Assembly: GCA_918797485.1 (NCBI GenBank)
Contig: CAKKNE010000006.1
Location: 3,224,001 to 3,288,000 of the forward strand
DNA length: 64,000 nucleotides
Origin: Pelagomonas calceolata
Taxonomy: Eukaryota
Direction: 5' to 3'
In this document: in pieces, positions 51,988 to 62,231 of the stretch
Layout of the letters: each line of letters begins with the position of its first letter
Numbering within the stretch: position 1 is the first letter of the stretch
Made by a program: the position numbers and the translations under genes
The notes under the pieces: generated by a model
Databases searched by the model: none
Seen by the model: only the letters and a program-made list of their open reading frames with translations
What the model was told of the DNA's origin: nothing

Positions 51988-53442
51988 ATGGCGGCGCTTT
52001 ACGACATCAACGACGACAGCACACGCTTCTCGGAAGACGCACTCGTGCAGCGCTTCGAAGCGATCTACGGCGTCGGCCCGAAGCCGAGAATAGCCGCCGC
52101 GCCGGGCCGCGCGAACGTTATTGGGGAGCACGTCGACTATCAAGGCGGCGTGGCGCTGCCCTTCGCGCTGACGCAGCGCGTGCGCGTCGTGTTTCGTCGT
52201 AGAGATGATGATAGATTGAACGTCGTGAGCGACGACGCTCCCGTTAATGAGGACACCGGGTATCTATTTCTGAAAGTGCTCCACAAAGCTAGGCAAGAAG
52301 ACCCGAAAGTTTCGGCAGAAATAGACCCGCGCTTTTTGCGCTATATTGCCGGGCCCTTCGTCTACTTTTCCTCACCAGAGGACGTGCGAGGCGCGGACAT
52401 ACTGGTCGCGAGCGACGTACCTCTGGGAGCGGGGTGCTCGTCGTCCTCGGCGTTAGTCGTCGCATCAGCACTCGCGGCGAGGGCGTGCAACCCATCCTAT
52501 GAATTACGGAAGAGAAAAGACGGGAGGGACGCCTTTTTTCGGAGCATCGTCGAGTGCGAATGGGAATTTTCTGGAGTGAAAGGAGGCTGCATGGACCACC
52601 TGGCCATCGTCTACGGGAGACCGGGGTGCGTCGTGTCGCTGGATTGTCGGGACGAGAAGGTTGATGCTCACATTTCCACCGATGCGACGTTCGTACTCCT
52701 AGATACGCGAGTGAAGCACGACCTCGAGAACTCGCCATATACCGATCGAAGGCTGGCTTGTGAACGGTGCGCCAAGGAATTGCAAGTTGCTTCGTTGAGG
52801 GAGGTCGCTGATGAAGGAGTAACAAAAGGTCTCGCAATGATCGACAAGATCGAAAAAGAAGTGGGCCAAGCAACGGCGAACCGCGGGAGGCATGTGGTGG
52901 AGGAGATCTGTCGCGTGAGACGGTGTGCTACATTACTACGAAGAGGCTCGTGGCGCGACGTCGGGCTGATCCTGTACGAAGCCCATCAGTCGTTGCGGGA
53001 CCTCTTCGAGGCGTCCTGTGATGAATTGGACGCGGCCGTCGACGCCTCGAGAAGCGTCGAGGGTATCTTGGGTTGTAGGATGGTGGGCGGGGGATTTGGC
53101 GGGGCCGCTCTCGCGGTCTGCGCGCCCGGCACGGATGTCGATCGGGTCGTGGAGGACTGGCGCGACTTGTATCACGTCGATGGGAGACATGAGCCGCGTC
53201 TGTTGGTCGTGGAGCCGGGCGCGGGCGCGGCGCTCGACGGGGCGCCGTGCGTCTCGATCAAGGAGCTCTGGGCGACGTCCGGGGAAGTTGAGGAGGCGGC
53301 GGCGCCTTCATCAGATAGAGAGCCGTCGGATTTCCTAAGGAGCCTCGCGGCGCGGCCCATCGCAAAAACGGCGTCCGACGCCGCGGCGATGGCGGCGTAC
53401 GAGGCATACGTCGACGCGCAGCTGGCGAAGGCGGACTCGTAG
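51988..53442 (+). CDS. GALK: galactokinase (GHMP kinase)
   Basis: APGRANVIGEHVDY, PLGAGCSSSSA, GCMDH, Y..RR..C, HVVEE, GCRMVGGGFGG. Confidence 0.92.
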   Translation: MAALYDINDDSTRFSEDALVQRFEAIYGVGPKPRIAAAPGRANVIGEHVDYQGGVALPFALTQRVRVVFRRRDDDRLNVVSDDAPVNEDTGYLFLKVLHKARQEDPKVSAEIDPRFLRYIAGPFVYFSSPEDVRGADILVASDVPLGAGCSSSSALVVASALAARACNPSYELRKRKDGRDAFFRSIVECEWEFSGVKGGCMDHLAIVYGRPGCVVSLDCRDEKVDAHISTDATFVLLDTRVKHDLENSPYTDRRLACERCAKELQVASLREVADEGVTKGLAMIDKIEKEVGQATANRGRHVVEEICRVRRCATLLRRGSWRDVGLILYEAHQSLRDLFEASCDELDAAVDASRSVEGILGCRMVGGGFGGAALAVCAPGTDVDRVVEDWRDLYHVDGRHEPRLLVVEPGAGAALDGAPCVSIKELWATSGEVEEAAAPSSDREPSDFLRSLAARPIAKTASDAAAMAAYEAYVDAQLAKADS

Positions 53443-53651
53443 TTTTAATGTGACCTATTTCTCTTGGCGCTTGGGGCTAGGAGCGACGCCGCGATGGCGT
53501 TTTTGCCCACTGGCATCACTTCCCCTCACGTTCGGGCGCCGCCAGCGCGCGTTCCCGAGGATCTTAGTGTAACCATCCGAGCACGAATCTTCAGCATTCC
53601 CAAATCGCTTCAATGGGTCGTGTGCAGCGAAACTTGTATCCGATCTTTTTG

Positions 53652-53671
53652 CTAGTGTCTTAGGCCGCTAG
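53652..53671. promoter_or_regulatory. recurrent upstream motif copy
   Basis: CTAGTGTCTTAGGCCGCTAG upstream of 53856. Confidence 0.6.
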
Positions 53672-53855
53672 CCTGAAATAATAACCGAGCGTGCTCGCAT
53701 CGTGGCGGCAGCTCTTGCGCAACCTCGAGCACCACCAGTGCTCAGAATTTCTGATCGATCACCCGGCACCAGCTGTACGCCATCGTCGCGATCAATAACA
53801 ATAAATCTAAGCACGTCTCACAACCACTCGGAGAGGCGATTGGTGCAATCGCAGG

Positions 53856-55019
53856 ATGCGTTCGGCATTGGTTCAGCTCACAGCACTGGCAGCGTGCAGC
53901 CACGCCCTGCTCGCGCCGCAGCAGTCGCTGCGGCGTACCGCTGGAAGACAAGTAGCATCGCTGCGCCGAACGAGTTGCAGGAAAGCAGCACCCTACTCCA
54001 ACGAGCTGCGCGCCCTCGCCGGCGTCGCGGTTTCAGCAAAACTAGGCACGCGCGAGCCCTGCGCCGCGCTCGCGGCCGCCGCGGCGCTGGCGTCAATCAA
54101 AGTGCTGCCGCGCGAGTCCATTATATACGCCGGGGGCTGGACCGTTGTACTACCTCTCTCGCTCGCGCTGACGCTGATCGGCCGCGAATCAAAAGGAACA
54201 AAAGACGGCGTTGCAATCAGACGCGTCGGCGCGGCCTTCGCGGCCGGCGCCTTGAGTTCCGTCGCCGGCGCTTTTGTAGCCGCGAAGCTGCTGCGTCCTA
54301 CGCTCGGCGCCGCCTCCAATCAAGGCGCCGCGGCGCTCGCCGCGTCGTATGTCGGCGGCTCGGCGAACTTTTTTGTGGTGGCCGAGGCCGTCGGGCTCAA
54401 AAACAATGGCCTGCTCGCGGCGCTCGCGACGGCGGACGTCGTGGTCATGGCGGCATATATTGTCCTGCTGCAGTTTCTCGCATCAAAATACGGCGCGCCC
54501 CGACCTGAGACAGCCACCGTGTCGAAGACCGAAGACGCTGGCTCGCCCGTCGTCCCATTATTCCTCGGCGCTTGCTGCGTCGCCGCCGCGGCTCCCCTAA
54601 AACCGTCCCTCCGGACCGCGGCCATCGCTGTGTCTGCCGTCGCGTGCCGCTGGTTCACACGAGCGCGCGGCGCGGCGCGGCGCATGGCGGGCTGGTGCCT
54701 CGCGGCCTTCTACGCCTGCCTGGGGGCCTGCTCGCCCGTCTCGGCGGTGGTTAAGGCCGGCGCGCCCGCGGTCGGCCTCGCGGTCGCCGCACTGGCCGGC
54801 CACGCATTGTTGCTAGCGGCGTGCACCCTGAAGGGGCCCTGGACCGTCGACGAGGCACTCGTCGCGTCGAACGCGTGCGTCGGCGGGCCGGCGACGGCCG
54901 CGGCCTTCGCTCTTTCGACGCGCCGCGAGGACCTCGTCGTGCCCGCCGTCGTCTGGGGCACGGTCGGCTACGCCTGCGGGACGGGTCTCGGGATGGCTCT
55001 CTACGATGTAATGTGTTAG
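53856..55019 (+). CDS. DUF819-family membrane protein
   Basis: Multiple TM helices; LAASYVGGSANF, VASNACVGGPATAAA, PAVVWGTVGYACGT. Confidence 0.85.
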   Translation: MRSALVQLTALAACSHALLAPQQSLRRTAGRQVASLRRTSCRKAAPYSNELRALAGVAVSAKLGTREPCAALAAAAALASIKVLPRESIIYAGGWTVVLPLSLALTLIGRESKGTKDGVAIRRVGAAFAAGALSSVAGAFVAAKLLRPTLGAASNQGAAALAASYVGGSANFFVVAEAVGLKNNGLLAALATADVVVMAAYIVLLQFLASKYGAPRPETATVSKTEDAGSPVVPLFLGACCVAAAAPLKPSLRTAAIAVSAVACRWFTRARGAARRMAGWCLAAFYACLGACSPVSAVVKAGAPAVGLAVAALAGHALLLAACTLKGPWTVDEALVASNACVGGPATAAAFALSTRREDLVVPAVVWGTVGYACGTGLGMALYDVMC

Positions 55020-55489
55020 TAGTTTAGATCTTCAAATGGGTTCTTGTCGAGCGCCGCCGTCACCTGGATCTCGACGAGCAGCACATCCCGCGCCATCGCC
55101 GCCTCCACGGTCGCGCGCACGGGCTTGTTCTCGGGGTCGACCCAGGCGTTCCAGACCTCGTTCATCGCTGCGAAGTCGCGGTTGATGTCCTTGAGCCAGA
55201 TCGTCGCCGAGAGCGCGTGGGATTTGCTGGTGCCCGCCTCCTTCAGAAGCGCGTCGACTTTTGCGAGCGTGGCCTGGGTCTGCGACTTAATGTCGTCGCC
55301 GGCGTCTCCCGCGGTCTGACCGGAGGTATAAACGACGCCGTTGTGGATGACGATTTTGGACATTCTCGGGTCCTCGGTCTGCAGCCGCACGACGCGGTTG
55401 TCGCCGACCGTCGACGTCCGGCGGGCGGTGCAGCGTCGAGGAGCCGCAGCGCTGGCGACCGCGGCGCGGCGCGCGGCTCGTACGAGCAT
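55016..55489 (-). CDS. RidA/YjgF/YER057c/UK114 family (YoaB-like), probable mitochondrial presequence
   Basis: RMSKIVIHNGVVYTSGQ, TIWLKDINRDFAAMNEVW, PVRATVEA, VEIQVTAA; Arg-rich N-terminus. Confidence 0.9.
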   Translation of the reverse strand: MLVRAARRAAVASAAAPRRCTARRTSTVGDNRVVRLQTEDPRMSKIVIHNGVVYTSGQTAGDAGDDIKSQTQATLAKVDALLKEAGTSKSHALSATIWLKDINRDFAAMNEVWNAWVDPENKPVRATVEAAMARDVLLVEIQVTAALDKNPFEDLNY

Positions 55490-55764
55490 ATTTCGTGACC
55501 TCCTTTGCACCACTATTGCGAAGCTACGATTGGGGAGCTACGAGTGCACGGTGTTGCGCACGGTTTTTTGCACCGCTATCTGCCGCGCGCCGCGTGCAAG
55601 GCTGCTTGCACCAGAGTGCTGCAGGCTAGAGATGCGTAGTGATGCGAGCGGCGCCAGTCGACCGCCCAGAATCAATCGCGCAGCCGTCACTGGTATTTTG
55701 CTCGCTCCTCTACCCTCCGTGTCGATGGTTGCAACCAAATAAAAGAGCTGGCGCTTCAGGCACG

Positions 55765-55785
55765 CTAGCGTATCATCGACACTAG
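55765..55785. promoter_or_regulatory. recurrent upstream motif copy
   Basis: CTAGCGTATCATCGACACTAG between divergent starts 55489 and 55958. Confidence 0.55.
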
Positions 55786-55957
55786 GCCTAGGCTTGGAAT
55801 CCGCGCGACGGCCGAAGTAGAGACCAAGCGCTGCCAACGCCCTCGCCGCGGCTGCGCATTCCAGACTGCTTTGACGTCTGAGCAGCCCAGGCATCGTTTG
55901 CACCGCTCCCGCGCGGCCAATTCCCATTGATTGGGCTGCCCATATCACCCAGCAAGC

Positions 55958-57334
55958 ATGGAATTCGCCGCGTCAGAAGACGACAAGCCACCGCGCGGCG
56001 CAACGGTAGCCTTGCACGGCCTCGCCAAGCAAGCGCAGCACAACGGCGCCACGGGAATTGTCACGGACGAAATCAACGAGAAGGACGGCCGCCTCGGCGT
56101 CAGGATTGCTTACGGCGAGAAGGCGCGGACGCTGCGCGTCAAGCCCGGGAATCTGCGACGCGTGGAGGCGTGTGCGTCTTTTGACGAGAGAGGCGTCGCG
56201 CCGTGTCGCGTGCTCTCGCCCAAATTAATGAAAGAGATAGCAGCAAGTTTTCGGGAAAAGCGGCCCTGGGCGCTGCCGCGAGCGGCGGAGACCATCGTGA
56301 GAGCGCAGTTGTTGCGCGAGGACGCGACCATCGAAGAAGGCTACGTCTCGGTCTCGAACAGCGACCCGCCGGCGTGGGCAGCTTCCCAGGAGGAGATCGC
56401 TAAAAGAGCAAAACAGGCCCAGGATGCGGGTCTCGAGGCCATGGCGACGTTGCGAGATGAGTTGGATGGCGCGGCCTGCGCGAAAGGACTGCGCTTTACC
56501 CATTCCTTCGAGCACCACGCTCGGCTACTGTACGAAGGCCGACCGCGCGAGGCCCTGGCTTTACTGGTTGGCGTCGGCGACCTGGGGAGACGGGACAGCC
56601 CCGCGTCGGTCTGCCGCTGCTACCGCGCGGAGGAGCCGTCGGATTCGGAGATGGCGTTGCTGGCGGGATGCCTCGAGCACGTTCCTCGATTCCTGGCGTC
56701 GTTGAAGGGTCTACCGGAAAGCTTCGCGGTCCCGTTGTCGTACGACGCGAAGGAGACTACTCACGAGCTCCGCAAGGAATTGCGGATCACGCTCGCCGAG
56801 GAACCGGGCGACGCGCGGCCCATCTACTTACGATTGACCTACCCGGCTCTACCAGACATGCCTTCTCTAGAGAATGTCAAGAGGGCTAGGATAGTGGTGG
56901 AGAAACAACTTCCAGCCGGGTCGACGGTCGCGCCGCGCTTTGGCTCGAAGACGGCCTACGCAACGGTAAAGGACGCGGAGCGCTACCACCGCATCCAATC
57001 AACGCAACTGACGGGCCGAACGCGGGCCGGCCACGAGCTCGCGCTCGCCCTCGCGCTCGCTTCATATAGACGCGAGCCCGAGCATAGAGAAGCGATGGCG
57101 CTGTGTCGGCGCGCTGTTCACGGCGCGCGCGGCGCGGACGTCGGTGAGAGGGCCGAAGAACTACTGGAGGAGCTGTGCGCGGCGACAGGCGACGACGCGC
57201 AAACTTTTTTAGGAGAGGGCCTCGGCGTGCGGCCCGTCGGGCCGCGGCCGCCGCGCAATTTGGAGAGGGGCGCCGCCGAGCGCGAATTGGAAAGGCGGAC
57301 GCGGGCCCAGCGCAACTTGCATCTGGGGGCCTAG
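55958..57334 (+). CDS. hypothetical protein
   Basis: ~458-aa ORF; N-terminal VALHGL...HNGATG...GRLGV...LRVKPGNL small beta-rich domain. Confidence 0.65.
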   Translation: MEFAASEDDKPPRGATVALHGLAKQAQHNGATGIVTDEINEKDGRLGVRIAYGEKARTLRVKPGNLRRVEACASFDERGVAPCRVLSPKLMKEIAASFREKRPWALPRAAETIVRAQLLREDATIEEGYVSVSNSDPPAWAASQEEIAKRAKQAQDAGLEAMATLRDELDGAACAKGLRFTHSFEHHARLLYEGRPREALALLVGVGDLGRRDSPASVCRCYRAEEPSDSEMALLAGCLEHVPRFLASLKGLPESFAVPLSYDAKETTHELRKELRITLAEEPGDARPIYLRLTYPALPDMPSLENVKRARIVVEKQLPAGSTVAPRFGSKTAYATVKDAERYHRIQSTQLTGRTRAGHELALALALASYRREPEHREAMALCRRAVHGARGADVGERAEELLEELCAATGDDAQTFLGEGLGVRPVGPRPPRNLERGAAERELERRTRAQRNLHLGA

Positions 57335-58028
57335 TTACTAACGGGGGTGTTGTGTTTACTTCTCGTACGTCTCCATCTACCGCTTAGTTCCCCCGGTCCC
57401 AGGCGAGAGTCCTCATCGTCGGACCAGCCTCGGCGAGCGTCTCCGTGCCGAGGCCGTCGTCGTCCTCGGGCCCGGCTCGAAGTCGCCGTCCGAGTCGTCG
57501 TCGTCCTGTGGTGCCGGCCGAGGCCGTCGGCGTCGGCGTCGGTCGAAGTGACCCAGGATGAGGAGGCAACAGAGTACCGTCACTGCTAGTTTCAAAATAC
57601 CAGGCAGAGCGTGTCCCTCGTGGCGGCGCCTGTCGGGGATCGTCGCCGGCGCCCCGGTATACAACGCGTCGCCCCTAGTGCCCTGAGTAGCGACACCCGG
57701 GCCCGAGCCATTTGTCGCAGGGAATTCTCCCCGCGAAGACGCCTCCCACGCACGAGGCGTGGGCGAGGAGAAGCAGGACCGTGCGGCGCATCGGCGGTGA
57801 GCCTCAGTGCTCCAGTCTGCTGACTCAACCTCACGACACAAATATGAGCTATTGTCGCCGGTGCTCGGTTTCCTTGCGTGCGCGGCGAGTCCTGTCGCTC
57901 CGGTAGTTTATGGACTGGGCCTGAAGCCAGCAGGAACGCAAAAGCAAGTTGCAAATCCATGGAAAACCCGTCACAAGCCATCGCCGCGACAAGAACAAGA
58001 GACTAGTACCGATACTTTAAGAAGAGAC

Positions 58029-59306
58029 CTACCGCCTTCTTCGCCGCCGCCGCGACCGGTCCCGGTCCGAGGAATCAGAGGAGCCGGACCGCCGCCGCGA
58101 CCGCTCCTTCTTCTTCTTCATGACGACCTCTTTGACCTCCTCCTTGAAGAGGTCCGGCTTCTCTCTCATTATAACCGCGGCGGCCGAAGCCCCGAGGGTC
58201 GCCGGATCTCCATCTAGCGTGGCCGAGCCGTTCTCGATCATCAGAGGGTTCGGCTGCGCCATGGCTACCTGCGCGCTGTGGACCTTGGCCATGAAGAGGT
58301 CTTGCCGCGTCGGGTCGCCGTCGGCGCAGCTCGGTTCGATGCTTTGTTCCGGGTTTCCCGGCTTCGGCCCCCTTAATTCTTTGGCCTGCTGGGCCAGCAA
58401 CGGCAGCAAGTCGTCGAAGTCGCGTCTTACTCTGAGTTTGTACTCGTCGGAGTTCCGGTATTCATCGATATCTTTTTCCTCCTTTTGTTTCTTTTTTTCT
58501 TCCTGTTCCTCGGGCGACGGCCTATATATAACTTCCCTTTTGAGCTTCTTCCAGAGCTTCTTCTTGGCCTTGGCGTCGAGGGCCAGGTCGCGGCCGTCGC
58601 GCGACACGGACCAGATCTCCCCTGGCACGAGGTTCTTGGAGATCCTATTGGGGTCGGCGAGCGACACGTCGATGAGACTGCGGGACTGCTGCTGCGTCAC
58701 GAGTTGCAATTGCTGGGCGATCTCCGGGTCGTTTTCTGGCGGCGGCGGCGGCTGGGCCACGGGCGCGGGCGGCGGCGGTCCGGGCGGCGGCGCCGGCTGC
58801 GACACCAGAGGAGTAGAGTTGGCCGGCGTCGCCGCGAGGACGCCGCCGTTGTGCCTCATAATCACGTCGGCAAACGCGAACTCGCGCTGCGTTTCCGGTA
58901 CTCGGGAAACGACCTGGGCGCACTCGGCGACGGCACCTAATGCTCTTTGTTCGTCCATGCTTTTCAGCGTCTCCACCAATCTCGGAGACACGCCCGCGAG
59001 GCCGACTCTACTCATAATCTGCGCGCCGATGGTGCGCGGCAGATCTTTCAATTGCTCCGGCAGCGGCGCGTCGGCGGGCCACGGCGGCGGCGCGGGCGGC
59101 GCCATTTGCGGGGGTGGTGGTGCATAGTAGGGCTGGGGCGGCGGGTAGCCGTAGGGCATCTGCATCGGCGGCGGCATCATTTGAGGCGGGTACTGCTGCG
59201 GCGGGTACTGCGGGTAGCCGTAGGGTTGTGGTGGCGGCGGCGGCGGCGCCATGACGTTTGAGGGCGGCGGTGGGCCGGGCGGCGGGGGCGGCGGGTAGCC
59301 ATTCAT
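58029..59306 (-). CDS. proline-rich protein with RS-like basic C-terminus
   Basis: 425-aa ATG ORF with poly-Pro tracts and RSRRRSGSSDSSDRDRSRRRRRRR tail. Confidence 0.75.
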   Translation of the reverse strand: MNGYPPPPPPGPPPPSNVMAPPPPPPQPYGYPQYPPQQYPPQMMPPPMQMPYGYPPPQPYYAPPPPQMAPPAPPPWPADAPLPEQLKDLPRTIGAQIMSRVGLAGVSPRLVETLKSMDEQRALGAVAECAQVVSRVPETQREFAFADVIMRHNGGVLAATPANSTPLVSQPAPPPGPPPPAPVAQPPPPPENDPEIAQQLQLVTQQQSRSLIDVSLADPNRISKNLVPGEIWSVSRDGRDLALDAKAKKKLWKKLKREVIYRPSPEEQEEKKKQKEEKDIDEYRNSDEYKLRVRRDFDDLLPLLAQQAKELRGPKPGNPEQSIEPSCADGDPTRQDLFMAKVHSAQVAMAQPNPLMIENGSATLDGDPATLGASAAAVIMREKPDLFKEEVKEVVMKKKKERSRRRSGSSDSSDRDRSRRRRRRR

Positions 59307-59506
59307 CTTTAGAGAGCTGCGCGTCGCGGCGTCTGTGGCGGCGAGCTCGCCTGCTGCCCAGGAGCTGGTAAGGTCCGCGCCGTAGCGCTTGCTCGCCTCG
59401 GTAGCGTCACGAGGGGAAAAGAGCAGTCTTTTTTTCGTTGCGGACGGCTTCTTATATACCGCAAAAGGTGATCAATGGGCGCGGGTCCTACGATGCCTAG
59501 GGATGC

Positions 59507-59528
59507 CTAGTGTCTCACGGGCCGCTAG
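59507..59528. promoter_or_regulatory. recurrent upstream motif copy
   Basis: CTAGTGTCTCACGGGCCGCTAG upstream of 59306. Confidence 0.6.
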
Positions 59529-59669
59529 CCTACCGTGCGAAAAACCAGGGAGTCCCGCGACGTCTCGGAAATTATTATGGGCAGCCTACTATGTGATCTA
59601 TAGACACGGGTCGTGGGCGTGAAAAGGACAAAAACGGCGCCCGTCGCGGGCGCGGGCGGTGCGGTGCGC

Positions 59670-59942
59670 TCAACGCGTAGGTGCCTCGCGGCTGACGGGC
59701 CGCGCGACCGCGTGCGTCGTCCCGTCGCTCCGTTTTCGTAATAAGGTTTCGTCGTCCATGTCATCTGGTGGTAATACGACGCATCCCGCGCCGACGAGGC
59801 AGCTTAGCGACGAAGCGATGGGCCAGTTCGTGCTCGTCGGGTCCTGGCCGCAGGTCACACAGCTTGCCGCGCAGTTGTCAGGCACGAGTTCCACGTCCTC
59901 GTCGTCGCCGAGCCCCGGGGCCGCCTTGGGTTCGGCAGCCAT
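59670..59942 (-). CDS. possible small hypothetical protein or gene remnant
   Basis: 90-aa ATG ORF with coding-like GC3; upstream CTAG motif at 60087. Confidence 0.3.
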   Translation of the reverse strand: MAAEPKAAPGLGDDEDVELVPDNCAASCVTCGQDPTSTNWPIASSLSCLVGAGCVVLPPDDMDDETLLRKRSDGTTHAVARPVSREAPTR

Positions 59943-60086
59943 CTGGTCGCTTTTGTTTTGCTTGGGGTGGCGTAACCCAAGTCAGGCGCTGGTCAGGGCT
60001 GATCAGGCGCGTAAATCGTCGTCTCAGGCGCCGGAGGGACACGTTAATCCCCCGGGATCAAAGCCAAAGTCGCCGGATCCTATTAG

Positions 60087-60107
60087 CTAGCGGTAGTAAG
60101 ACACTAG
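60087..60107. promoter_or_regulatory. recurrent upstream motif copy
   Basis: CTAGCGGTAGTAAGACACTAG upstream of 60181. Confidence 0.6.
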
Positions 60108-60180
60108 GACCGAGAGAGCCGTGGAGTTGCAGCTCGTGTAAGAGCTGCGCGACAGCCAGAGACGCCGTACAACAGGACCA

Positions 60181-60906
60181 ATGCCTAAAGCACTGCAGCT
60201 CCTCCTCGGCCTCGCGACAGCGAGCGCCTTCACGGGCCCGAGACGAGGCGTGCAGCGACCGAGCCAGCTTATACGGAGAAGCAGCGCCGCCGAGCCGGAG
60301 TCGCGGACGACGACAGCAGGCCGCGAACTCGCCGAGGCCTTGCAGAACGTGAACCTCTACTTGATCGGCATGATGGGCTCGGGCAAGACGAGCGTCGGCG
60401 AACTCGTGAGCCGGCAGCTCGGGTCCTACACATTCCTCGACACAGACGCAACACTCGAAGCAGCGACGAAAAGGACGGTCGCGGACATCTTCGAAAAGGA
60501 CGGGGAGGCGGCCTTCCGCGAGCTCGAGGGGTCGATCATGGAGCAGGTGGCCGCCTACGTGCGGCTCGTCGTGGCGACGGGGGGAGGCGTGGTGACAAGG
60601 CAACAGAACTGGGCGTCGCTGCGCCAGGGCATCGTGGTCTGGCTCGACCCGGACGTCGAGACGCTCACAGCGCGGCTGTCGAGCGGCGACGAGGCCGGCA
60701 AGCGGCCGCTCCTGCAGCAGGGCGACGTCGGCGCCACGCTCTCCGCGACGCTCGAGAAGAGGCGGGAGTTCTACGAGCAGTGCGACGTGCGCGTCTCCAT
60801 CCAAGGGGAGGAAAACGCGTCGGACACGGCGGCGCGCGTCGTCGCGGACGCGCTCGCCTTCATCCGCGCAAATCCTCCGAAAGCGGCGCCCGGACCGCCG
60901 GAGTAA
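60181..60906 (+). CDS. aroK: shikimate kinase, plastid-targeted
   Basis: NLYLIGMMGSGKT, FLDTD, IFEKDGEAAFRELE, VATGGG, RPLL; heterokont ASAF-type presequence (LATASAFTG). Confidence 0.95.
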   Translation: MPKALQLLLGLATASAFTGPRRGVQRPSQLIRRSSAAEPESRTTTAGRELAEALQNVNLYLIGMMGSGKTSVGELVSRQLGSYTFLDTDATLEAATKRTVADIFEKDGEAAFRELEGSIMEQVAAYVRLVVATGGGVVTRQQNWASLRQGIVVWLDPDVETLTARLSSGDEAGKRPLLQQGDVGATLSATLEKRREFYEQCDVRVSIQGEENASDTAARVVADALAFIRANPPKAAPGPPE

Positions 60907-61958
60907 AGACCACAGACATTATTTATTTGAGGCCGCTCGAACGCGTAGACGGCGACGCGGTTCGTCGACGCGACCGCCGGCTCGCCGCAGACGTCCGGCA
61001 GGGCCCGGGACCCCGTCGCGACGGCGAGCCAGTCGCGGTGCGGGTGGACCGCGACGCCGTTGGCCGCCGACGGCTCGGCGCGCAGGACGCGGCCCGGCTT
61101 GTCGACGTCCGCCGCCGCGAGGTCGAAGGCCCGCACCGCGCCGTCGGCGTCGCCCGCGACCAGGGTCTCGCCGACGACGTCAAAGTCGAAGCGCTGGTGC
61201 GCATGGCCGGCGCGTGTACAGCGCGAGGCGACGCGCCGCGTCCGCAGATCAAAACCGCGGACAACGTCCTCGCCACGGTGCGACGCGTAGACGGCATCAT
61301 TGGAAACTCGGAGGCGCGTCACGCCGCCCATTTTGTTCGAGTCCTTCAGCGCGACGCCCGGATCATTTTCCCGGTCGTCGTAGACGCGGATCTGGCCGCT
61401 GTAGCCGCCGGCCACAAAGACGTGCTCGTCGATGCACGCAAGACACGCGAGGGGCCCGCGTTGAGCGACGGCCGTGTCTGAGACTACTTGCGACGTCGCC
61501 ACGTCGAAGGCCGCGAGGCGGCTTCTCTTTTGCGCCGCGACGCGCAACGTCGCTCCGCCCGGGCTGAAGCTGAGGGCCAGGCAAGGCACAGGCTCGTCGA
61601 GGGCGTCGCGCAGCACGTAGGACGCCCGCCGCCGCCCGTCGTAGGCGTCGTAGAGCGCGGGCGGCGCCGCGCGCGCGCAGGCCGCGAACACGCACGTGCT
61701 AGGCTGGCTGGAGTGGAGGCGCGGGTACCAAGCATAATCGTAGACGCATTCGCAGGCCTTCACCTCGAAGGTCGGTCGCCATACGGGATTTTCCGGTGCC
61801 GCGGGCGGCTCGGCGACCATGGGCGCGGGCAATTCCAGCACCCGCAATCTCGCGTCGTCTCCTGCCGTGAGGAGGCATGTGCCGTCGGGGGCCCACGAGC
61901 AGCCCTTTGGCGGCGTGGTAAGGTCGTAGGTGAGCGCTGCTGCTGCTGGGGCGTCCAT
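60771..61958 (-). CDS. WRAP53: WD40 protein, telomerase Cajal body protein 1 (TCAB1/WRAP53)-like
   Basis: KGCSWAPDGTCLLT, VYDYAWYP, LYDAYDGRRRASY, HQRFDFDV, NGVAVHP...AVATGSR; 3' end uncertain because it overlaps the shikimate kinase. Confidence 0.85.
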   Translation of the reverse strand: MDAPAAAALTYDLTTPPKGCSWAPDGTCLLTAGDDARLRVLELPAPMVAEPPAAPENPVWRPTFEVKACECVYDYAWYPRLHSSQPSTCVFAACARAAPPALYDAYDGRRRASYVLRDALDEPVPCLALSFSPGGATLRVAAQKRSRLAAFDVATSQVVSDTAVAQRGPLACLACIDEHVFVAGGYSGQIRVYDDRENDPGVALKDSNKMGGVTRLRVSNDAVYASHRGEDVVRGFDLRTRRVASRCTRAGHAHQRFDFDVVGETLVAGDADGAVRAFDLAAADVDKPGRVLRAEPSAANGVAVHPHRDWLAVATGSRALPDVCGEPAVASTNRVAVYAFERPQINNVCGLYSGGPGAAFGGFARMKASASATTRAAVSDAFSSPWMETRTSHCS

Positions 61959-62069
61959 GCTGCCAGCAGTGGGGTGCTGAATGAGTGCTGCTGCTGCGGA
62001 GAGTGCAGAGTGCAGCGATAGTGCCCAGATGGCTTCACAGCGTCGCAAGCAAATGGCCCAAAAAACGAG

Positions 62070-62152
62070 GTAGCGTGCTTGACACACTAGGAAAAAATGC
62101 AAAAACCGGACTCTAGACCAGCATTGATGCCCAGCGGCCTGTAAGACACTAG
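62070..62152. promoter_or_regulatory. two variant copies of the recurrent upstream motif
   Basis: GTAGCGTGCTTGACACACTAG and CCAGCGGCCTGTAAGACACTAG between divergent starts 61958 and 62232. Confidence 0.55.
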
Positions 62153-62231
62153 CAAACAAGCCCTCGGGGCTGCCCGAATAGGATACGCCGGCTGCCCCAC
62201 AATTCAAGGCGCCAGCCATGACGACGAGTCC

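Noticed and set aside
57384..57990. Short ORFs between the hypothetical gene and the proline-rich gene
   Set aside because: No consistent frame or motif; possibly a decayed gene, but not supportable.
58120..59127. 335-aa plus-strand ORF and many other long antisense or alternative-frame ORFs
   Set aside because: Shadow ORFs of real genes, expected from high GC and codon bias; no recognisable motifs.
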